Below are positions 57,897 through 64,000 of a stretch of DNA of 64,000 bases, one piece after another. The position numbers and the translations under genes are program-made. Source of the DNA: Nitrososphaeria archaeon (lineage in GTDB: Archaea; Thermoproteota; Nitrososphaeria; Nitrososphaerales; JACAEJ01); the NCBI GenBank assembly GCA_029775925.1, contig JARVKB010000012.1, forward strand, positions 3,577-67,576. Direction: 5' to 3'. The notes beneath the pieces are model-generated. The model was given only the letters and a program-made list of their open reading frames with translations. It made no database searches and was not told where the DNA came from. Numbering within the stretch: position 1 is the stretch's first letter; each line of letters opens with the position of its first letter.

Positions 57897-57943
57897 TCTA
57901 ATTTTTATAGAATAAAATCACACATAAAGATTTCGTTATAATG

Positions 57944-58507
57944 TTATAAATTTCTTACAAACCATCTTATAAACTTTTTCAATGCTAGAGCTCTATGTGA
58001 GTATTTGTTCTTTTCTTCTAAGACCATTTCTGCAAACGTTCTTTTTGAACCTCTTGGTACGAATAGAGGATCGAACCCAAAGCCTAATTTGCCCCTGGGT
58101 TTTATTGCGATCTTCCCTTTGACTATGCCTTTAAATGTCTTTATTATTGAGGAATTGCTAAAGGCAACAACAGATCTGAATTCAGCATCTCTGTCATCTT
58201 TGCCAATCATAAGCTTAATGATTCCATCACTACCTAAAGTCTTATAAACATAGGATGAATAAGGTCCAGGAAAGCCATTTAGTGCTTTTATGAACAAACC
58301 AGCATCTTCAACTATCATGGGAAATTTATTGATTGTAAAAGCACTTTTTAGAGAATGAAGAGCAATCTTTCTTAAATCGTCACTTTGGATCTCTTCAATT
58401 TTTCTATTAACCATTCTTAATTTAATATTATAATTCTCGAGGATATCTTTTGCTTCATGGAATTTATGTTTATTGCTTGTTACAAAGTATAAAGATCTAT
58501 TCGACAT
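57944..58507 (-). CDS. Non-canonical purine NTP pyrophosphatase (HAM1/RdgB, XTP/dITPase)
   Basis: 187 aa. FVTSNKHKFHEA, EDAGLFI.ALNGFPG.YS, FGFDPLF. Confidence 0.85.
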   Translation of the reverse strand: MSNRSLYFVTSNKHKFHEAKDILENYNIKLRMVNRKIEEIQSDDLRKIALHSLKSAFTINKFPMIVEDAGLFIKALNGFPGPYSSYVYKTLGSDGIIKLMIGKDDRDAEFRSVVAFSNSSIIKTFKGIVKGKIAIKPRGKLGFGFDPLFVPRGSKRTFAEMVLEEKNKYSHRALALKKFIRWFVRNL

Positions 58508-59138
58508 GAGCGTATCTGCCTCTTTTTTCTATCTCTTTTACCTTTCTAACTAAGTCTTTTATAATTCTCGTATCAAAAATCTCTGCATATCCTTCAAGTA
58601 TTTTTTTGAAAGCTTCATCAGCAACTTCTACATGAGCACTTTCTAATACTTCTTTCATCAAATGAAGATCTACGGCCATATCCTCGAGTCTTTGAGAAAA
58701 GAAAGCTAATCCAAAATCTATTATTACTAATTTATTTCTTATAACCAAAAAATTGGAAGTAGTCAAGTCTCCATGGATTATATTATTTTTATGAAGCTTT
58801 GCTATACACCTTCCGACTTCTGAATATAAAAAGTCATTGTTGCCTATCTTTTTATCAGAAATTATCTCTTTAAGTCTCATCCCTTTGATATATTGCATAA
58901 TTATCTCTGCTTTGTATTGATCTATGAAGTATACTAAAGGTGTCGAAACTCCCGCTCTTCTTGCGTTCATTAAAAAATTTGCTTCATGTAAAGTTCTTTT
59001 CCTCCTTATTTCGGCATCTAATTCAGGTTGTCTGTAGGGTTTTAGTTTTCTTATCTTTAAAATAGCTTCCTTTCCAAACCATCTCCCAAGATAGATATCT
59101 GCTTCAGCTCCATGCTTTAAAAAAATTATTCTGGACAC
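58497..59138 (-). CDS. bud32: KEOPS kinase/ATPase Bud32
   Basis: 213 aa. GAEADIY, catalytic IIHGDLTTSNFLV, IDFGLA. Confidence 0.85.
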   Translation of the reverse strand: MSRIIFLKHGAEADIYLGRWFGKEAILKIRKLKPYRQPELDAEIRRKRTLHEANFLMNARRAGVSTPLVYFIDQYKAEIIMQYIKGMRLKEIISDKKIGNNDFLYSEVGRCIAKLHKNNIIHGDLTTSNFLVIRNKLVIIDFGLAFFSQRLEDMAVDLHLMKEVLESAHVEVADEAFKKILEGYAEIFDTRIIKDLVRKVKEIEKRGRYAHVE

Positions 59139-59672
59139 CTAAAAGGGTATTTTCTGTCTAGTTATTTTTATACTTTACAAATCTTTTTATATAATACGGT
59201 GCTTTATCCCTTACATCTTTACTAATTGATAACTTTCTTTTTACTAGAAATAATTACTCTCCAATTCTACGAACTTTACAATACATATCACTGAAACCAA
59301 CTCTCCGGTTGAAAACAGCATCTCTTAACTCTTTACATATATTTTCAGGCATCTCTCTTCTACCTATTCTTAAGTTACCAGAGTTATTACATCATATATC
59401 GCTAAATCCAAAAGCTAATCTATTTTAACTGAAATCTAGAAGGGTTTGATTTTATCTTTTTTATATATCATTCGATTCCTTTCTCGAATTTATCTAATAG
59501 TATTATTACATGAATTTATAATTAATCTTACCAACCTGGTATTTCAATACCCAATAGCCATTTTATCCATTCGGGATCGTTCTTTTACTGTTGTCAGTCT
59601 ATGTTGTATTTCTTTTATTATATAATCCTATCACAATTCGAATTATCATTCACTTTATCTCGGCTTCTTTTC

Positions 59673-60698
59673 TTATCGATTTCTCCATCTTATATCAACC
59701 TTATCTAGCCTCCAGGATTGCTTTACGAAACTTTTCTCAATATCTACTGAAGTATTCGTCGAATAAGCTAGTAGCCCTGCCCAAGCAATTTGAGCGCCAC
59801 AATCTCCACTATATTCCTTTGGTATGACAAAAAAATTTGCATTATGTCTTTTGCTAACTTCAATTAACATTTCTTGTAACCTTTTATTTGCTGATACGCC
59901 TCCAGTCAACAGAATTTCTTTCTTTTCGGTGAACGCAAGGGCTCTCTCAGTAACCTCTGCCAACATAGCAAAGGCAATTTCTTGAATCGAAAAACATAGG
60001 CTCTCTAAATCTATTCCTTCATGAAACATCTTTTTTGCAGATGTTAATATACCAGAAAAAGAAACATCGTTGCCCTTTACAGTATATGGTAAAGGTATAT
60101 ATTTGGATGATTTTTTTGCTAACTCTTCTATTTTCTCTCCTGAAGGGGAACTAAAGCCAATTTCTCTTCCAAACTGATCTAAGAGTTGTCCAATAGTGAG
60201 ATCAAGGGTCTCTCCAAACACTCTCCATCTTCCAAGAGAGAAGGCTGTAATCATAGTGTGACCACCAGAGACCAATAGCACTACTGGGTCTTTCGCTCCA
60301 GTAAGAAGTATTGCTAATTCTATATGACCTATAGCATGATTCACAGGTACTAGAGGTTTATTATAATAAAGAGCTAATGCTCTTGAAATGGTCGCCCCTA
60401 CTCTTAAGCATGGACCTAATCCTGGGCCTGCGGAAAAAGCTATAATATCTACTTCATTCATACTTAGTCCTGCTTGAATTATAGATTGTTTAACAACTTT
60501 TGGAGCTGCCTCAATATGATGTCTAGATGCTTCTCTCGGATGAATACCTGATCCAGGTGGAGGATTATAAATGCTTTTTACATTTGATAGAACTTTACCA
60601 TCAGATTTTAAAATTGAGCACGAGAAGGTATGGGCTGTAGATTCGCACCCCCAGCAAAAGATCTCTTTATTCAATTCACTTTTCAATTTTTCCTTCAC
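59673..60698 (-). CDS. kae1: tRNA N6-adenosine threonylcarbamoyltransferase Kae1
   Basis: 341 aa. GCESTAHTF, GIHPREASRHH, LLVSGGHT, GDCGAQIAWAG. Confidence 0.9.
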   Translation of the reverse strand: MKEKLKSELNKEIFCWGCESTAHTFSCSILKSDGKVLSNVKSIYNPPPGSGIHPREASRHHIEAAPKVVKQSIIQAGLSMNEVDIIAFSAGPGLGPCLRVGATISRALALYYNKPLVPVNHAIGHIELAILLTGAKDPVVLLVSGGHTMITAFSLGRWRVFGETLDLTIGQLLDQFGREIGFSSPSGEKIEELAKKSSKYIPLPYTVKGNDVSFSGILTSAKKMFHEGIDLESLCFSIQEIAFAMLAEVTERALAFTEKKEILLTGGVSANKRLQEMLIEVSKRHNANFFVIPKEYSGDCGAQIAWAGLLAYSTNTSVDIEKSFVKQSWRLDKVDIRWRNR

Positions 60699-60886
60699 GA
60701 CCAGGTAGGAAGTGTCATTATTTAATCATCAATGCTCGTAAATATAGATTTAATTGGATATAATGAAGATCATTCTTTTAAATTTTAAGGATTTTTCTAA
60801 TTATTAATAGAAATTTATAGTAAAATACTAAAAATAGATTGCTTGCTCAACTATATTAAAATTTTAAGGAAAAAATAATTAAGTAG

Positions 60887-62272
60887 TCAGTAAGGCAGTT
60901 TTTCCAGCCACGGATATAACTCCTTTAGTTTCTTTATGGCCTTTTTTACTTCTTCTTCTGGATATTCATAAGGTGGTAATTTGCCTTGGAGATAATCATC
61001 ATAGGCTTGCATATCAAAATGTCCATGGCCACATAACAGAAAGAGTATAGTCTCCTCTTCTCCTGTCTCTCTACATTTTAATGCTTCATCAATTACTCCC
61101 TTTATAGCATGAGATGGTTCAGGGGCTGGTATTATGCCCTCTGTTCTAGCGAATAATCTGGCAGCATCAAAAACCTCCACTTGATCATAAGCTCGTGTTT
61201 CTAACTCCTTCTCTTGGCTCAAAATGCTTATTGTAGGAGCTATGCCATGGTATCTTAAACCTCCAGCATGGATGGGAGCTGGTATGAATTCATGACCTAA
61301 AGTATGCATCTTGACCAAAGGTGTAAGTCTTGCCGTATCCCCATGATCGTACATATATTCTCCTTTAGTTACGGAGGGACAAGCCGTGGGTTCAACAGCT
61401 ACGAACTTAACATCCTTTATCGCTTTTCCTGAAACTTTATCATAATAGAAGGGCCAGAAGAGACCTGAGAAACTACTACCCCCTCCTATGCATCCAAAGA
61501 TTATATCTGGATATTCCTCTAATAACTCAAGTTGTTTCTTTGCTTCTTGTCCTATTACGGTTTGGTGTAAAAGTACATGATTAAAAACACTACCTATGCC
61601 ATAATTAGTTTCCTCATGAGTAAGGGCATCTTCTACCGCTTCGCTTATAGCGATCCCTAGACTTCCAGGATTGTTTGGATCTTCTGCTAAAATTTTTCTA
61701 CCAGCCTCTGTTTTAGTGCTTGGGCTGGCATATACTTCTGCCCCCCAAAGTTCCATTAAAATTCTTCTATAGGGCTTTTGATTATAACTAGTCTTCACCA
61801 TATACACAGTGCATTTTAGATTAAAAAACATACAACCGAAAGCTAGAGCAGAACCCCATTGGCCAGCACCAGTTTCTGTAGTCATGCGCTCTTTCCCTTC
61901 TTTCATATTGTAATAAGCTTGTGCGACCGCAGTGTTAGGCTTGTGACTTCCCGGAGGACTAACTCCTTCATACTTGTAATAGATCTTGGCAGGAGTTTTC
62001 AAAATTTTTTCTAATCTAACAGCTCTGAAAAGAGGTGTTGGTCGCCATAGGCGATAAACATCCCTCACTTCTTCTGGAATGTCTATCCATCTTTCTGTGC
62101 TCATCTCTTGAGCAAGTATCTCTTTAGGAAATATTTGAGGTACGATCCCTGGACCTGGTGACTTCTTCTTGGGATCTATTATTGGAGGTAGTGGTTTGGG
62201 TAGATCAGGTAGTATACAATACCATTGCTTAGGTATCTCCTCCTCGTCCAAAAGTATTTTAGTAGAGACCAT
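60887..62272 (-). CDS. TrpB2-type tryptophan synthase beta-like PLP enzyme
   Basis: 461 aa. Long N-terminal extension typical of TrpB2, PLP lysine context [26 protein letters not shown]. Confidence 0.8.
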   Translation of the reverse strand: MVSTKILLDEEEIPKQWYCILPDLPKPLPPIIDPKKKSPGPGIVPQIFPKEILAQEMSTERWIDIPEEVRDVYRLWRPTPLFRAVRLEKILKTPAKIYYKYEGVSPPGSHKPNTAVAQAYYNMKEGKERMTTETGAGQWGSALAFGCMFFNLKCTVYMVKTSYNQKPYRRILMELWGAEVYASPSTKTEAGRKILAEDPNNPGSLGIAISEAVEDALTHEETNYGIGSVFNHVLLHQTVIGQEAKKQLELLEEYPDIIFGCIGGGSSFSGLFWPFYYDKVSGKAIKDVKFVAVEPTACPSVTKGEYMYDHGDTARLTPLVKMHTLGHEFIPAPIHAGGLRYHGIAPTISILSQEKELETRAYDQVEVFDAARLFARTEGIIPAPEPSHAIKGVIDEALKCRETGEEETILFLLCGHGHFDMQAYDDYLQGKLPPYEYPEEEVKKAIKKLKELYPWLEKLPY

Positions 62273-62611
62273 TTAAATTCACTTTACGCCACTTTATTAC
62301 ATTAATGTTCGTTTATATACTTTTTCTAAAGCATAAAATTCTGTAATGAGAGTATTGTAATCCATGCCAATAAAGTTTAGGGAATAAGAAGCTCATTGCT
62401 GAAGATGAACTTTAAAAATGTGGAGAATTTGGAAAAAGGTAACGACCTAATCTAATCAAAATATATTGTTTTTCTCTTCCATTATCTTCAAACCCTATGG
62501 TAATTTTAAATTTCTCCGATTTTTGAAGAAAGAAAATCTTATTAAGCGAATTAGGACAATGAATTGCAAGTATTTTTATGGGTGTTAGTTAGTAGGATAT
62601 AAGGTGCAATA

Positions 62612-63034
62612 ATGGAGTTCTCTTTAATTGAAATTACTTGGATGATTCATGCAACAGAAGATGGAGAGAAAGTTGTGAAGAAGATGATTGAACTCTTCCC
62701 TTTAAGTATAGATGATATTAAATACTCAAATTTAGAAGGCCATTTTGGTAATCCTTTAATTATTTATAAAATAAGATTGACTGGCAGCAAAGTTGACGAA
62801 TTCGTTCAGTCATTGTTTTCTTTTATCAAAGATGTTGATAAAAAGATTTTGGAGCGTGAATTACCCAAACATTTGGATAAATGCGGTGCTTTTTACATTC
62901 GTATAGATAAGCAATTATTATGCAAAGGGAAGATAGCCCTCTCAGAAAAAGATGCTATAAGAATAAAGCTCAAACCAAAAAATAATTTAAATTTTAATGA
63001 AAAGCTTTTACATTATAGGAGGTTATTAAAATAG
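62612..63034 (+). CDS. DUF54 RNA-binding protein (predicted exosome-associated subunit, COG1325)
   Basis: 140 aa. IEITWMIHATEDGEKV start characteristic of the family. Upstream of RNase P protein genes, as in many archaea. Confidence 0.6.
   Translation: MEFSLIEITWMIHATEDGEKVVKKMIELFPLSIDDIKYSNLEGHFGNPLIIYKIRLTGSKVDEFVQSLFSFIKDVDKKILERELPKHLDKCGAFYIRIDKQLLCKGKIALSEKDAIRIKLKPKNNLNFNEKLLHYRRLLK
63018..63023 (+). promoter_or_regulatory. Shine-Dalgarno GGAGGT, 7 nt upstream of ATA 63031
   Basis: Sequence tataGGAGGTtattaaaATAggcgctatagatcttcat. It lies inside the 3' end of the DUF54 gene. Confidence 0.55.
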
Positions 63035-63666
63035 GCGCTATAGATCTTCATTTAAATACAATTGATGAATTTAGAAAAACCATAAAAATCGCTAAGTTCT
63101 TGGGCTTTTCTATATTAGGTTTAGATTTAGAAAACATATATCATTTAAAGGATAAAGTTCGAGATATATGTGAAAAAGAAAAAATAAAATGTATCTTTAG
63201 AGTTAATATTAATAAATTTAAAAGATTAAACGCTTTAAAGGAAAATCATGTGCTATATGTAGCAAGGAACATAAGTGAAGCAAAATTCTCTAAAGCTCCC
63301 TTTTATTTGTTAGAGGCGGGTAAGAATATATATGATACTCTAAAGGTGAAGGAATTTTGTGAAAGGAAATCAAACATAAATTTTGTAATCGAGTTTGATT
63401 TCGCTTTTTTGCGTTTATACGATGATTTTTTATTTACAAATTATCTTAACTGTTTAACGAAATTGATGAGCGTCTGTAAAAGGAGACACATTTTAACTAT
63501 CTTCTCTAGTATGGCAAGAAACTATAATGAACTAGTGCCTCCAAGGGTTCTATACAACTTTTACAAGATTTTAGGTGGAAGCCTAAGCTTAAGAGAAATT
63601 TTACATGATATCCCTAAAAGGGAAATGATCGATAAGCTTGATTTGGGTCCAAAATATATTTGGTAG
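63031..63666 (+). CDS. rnp3: RNase P protein subunit Rpp30 (p30); proposed non-canonical ATA start
   Basis: The track ORF starts at TTG 63100. The 23 in-frame upstream codons encode IGAIDLHLNTIDEFRKTIKIAKF, the conserved Rpp30 N-terminal strand-helix (compare FADLDL...LVETAAHLGYSVVAI in eukaryotic Rpp30). There is no ATG/GTG/TTG between the in-frame stop at 63016 and 63100. Confidence 0.6.
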   Translation: MGAIDLHLNTIDEFRKTIKIAKFLGFSILGLDLENIYHLKDKVRDICEKEKIKCIFRVNINKFKRLNALKENHVLYVARNISEAKFSKAPFYLLEAGKNIYDTLKVKEFCERKSNINFVIEFDFAFLRLYDDFLFTNYLNCLTKLMSVCKRRHILTIFSSMARNYNELVPPRVLYNFYKILGGSLSLREILHDIPKREMIDKLDLGPKYIW

Positions 63667-63672
63667 ATTGAA

Positions 63673-64000
63673 ATGAAATATAAAAAAAGAAGGTACATCT
63701 TGGTTTATCACGAGATTCATGAGGATAATAAAGAACTAGAAAGAAAAATCAGGGATCGAATAAAAGATCTTTTTGGTGCAATCGGTCTTCAATCTATAGA
63801 TTTTATGCTTGTAAAAATGGAAAATAATTTTTTTATAATCCGTTGTAACAATAATCATGTTGATGAATTACTCTTTACTTTAAGTTCAATAAAGTTTAAA
63901 GAATTTACTTTTCTCCCGATAAGAGTTTCTGGGACGATAAAAAAACTAAAAAAGGTCATGAACGATTTCATTCAGATACAGAAACCTCTAAATTCTAGAT
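63673..64000 (+). CDS. rnp2: RNase P protein subunit Pop5 (3' end beyond the window)
   Basis: Hand translation gives MKYKKRRYILVYHEIHEDNKELERKIRDRIKDLFGAIGLQSIDFMLVKMENNFFIIRCNNNHVDELLFTLSSIK...IRVSGTIKKLKK. RY(I/L)hh and VSGTI are Pop5 hallmarks. The frame is open to the window edge. Confidence 0.75.
   Translation, partial: MKYKKRRYILVYHEIHEDNKELERKIRDRIKDLFGAIGLQSIDFMLVKMENNFFIIRCNNNHVDELLFTLSSIKFKEFTFLPIRVSGTIKKLKKVMNDFIQIQKPLNSR

Noticed and set aside
59340-59400. Possible C/D-box sRNA on the minus strand (AUGAUGU ... CUGA about 45 nt apart)
   Set aside because: The C box deviates from RUGAUGA. No convincing C'/D' boxes or terminal stem are present, and such short motifs occur by chance in AT-rich DNA.
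502-63385. Many 60-140-aa ORFs in the track lie antisense to or out of frame within strong genes. Examples: 502-741, 1960-2550, 4294-4539, 7128-7364, 8215-8475, 9113-9430, 9554-9787, 11341-11979, 12774-12959, 16592-17158, 17505-17711, 18231-18632, 20632-20826, 22016-22255, 26810-27055, 27942-28218, 29964-30700, 32301-32483, 33128-33385, 34735-34965, 37123-37941, 38455-38637, 38913-39209, 40825-41034, 41749-42078, 42488-43162, 46782-48227, 49150-50175, 50615-51192, 51601-52410, 53056-53316, 56138-56638, 57248-57792, 58005-58247.
   Set aside because: Each overlaps a gene with clear family motifs on the other strand or frame. Their peptides are low-complexity mirror translations with no recognisable motifs. 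They are typical shadow ORFs of AT-rich coding DNA.
1-64000. Search for CRISPR arrays, rRNA, IS elements, integrases and toxin-antitoxin pairs
   Set aside because: I saw no regularly spaced direct repeats, no rRNA-like GC-rich blocks, and no transposase, integrase or small paired ORFs with recognisable TA motifs. The only sizeable repeats are the intragenic paralog tracts reported above.

Overview
This is an AT-rich, densely coding archaeal chromosomal segment. Archaeal identity rests on a group II chaperonin, TBP, eS30, uS15, KEOPS subunits, RNase P protein subunits, an archaeal signal peptidase, and form III RuBisCO with the AMP shunt. I can support about 63 protein genes, including two below the ORF-track size cutoff and one running off each window edge, plus one tRNA. 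I saw no rRNA, CRISPR array, integrase or intact IS.

Content by region:
- 1-5.7 kb: a translationally coupled surface-glycosylation operon (GT2, GT1, two tandem DUF2079-like membrane proteins).
- Pyrimidine genes pyrK, pyrD and pyrE.
- 25-33 kb: a carbohydrate/nucleotide island with ApgM, GH57, a GalT-like protein, a sugar-1-P nucleotidyltransferase, AMP phosphorylase, RuBisCO III and ribose-1,5-bisphosphate isomerase.
- speH plus bpsA (branched polyamine synthesis).
- TldD/PmbA, thermosome, geranylgeranyl reductase.
- 54-64 kb: an information-processing block (SerRS, Pcc1, RecJ/GAN-like, uS15, HAM1, Bud32, Kae1, TrpB2, DUF54, Rpp30, Pop5).

Most noteworthy observations:
1. Patches of 100 percent identical DNA inside otherwise diverged tandem DUF2079 paralogs.
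2. A tRNA-Ser(UGA) gene with an apparent non-canonical intron at the acceptor/D-arm junction and a duplicated 5' acceptor heptamer.
3. At least two genes (Rpp30, DUF354) whose conserved N-termini lie upstream of any ATG/GTG/TTG. Each is preceded by a Shine-Dalgarno-like motif placed for an ATA/ATT start.
4. An orphan P-loop ATPase fused to an Mrr-like nuclease domain.
5. A wHTH-AEP primase-polymerase, ABC exporter and wHTH-Mrr nuclease cluster next to a 1.2 kb ORF-free stretch.

I could not identify with confidence a single clearly novel multi-gene system. All family assignments come from motif recognition by eye, not from searches, and need HMM or structure confirmation.
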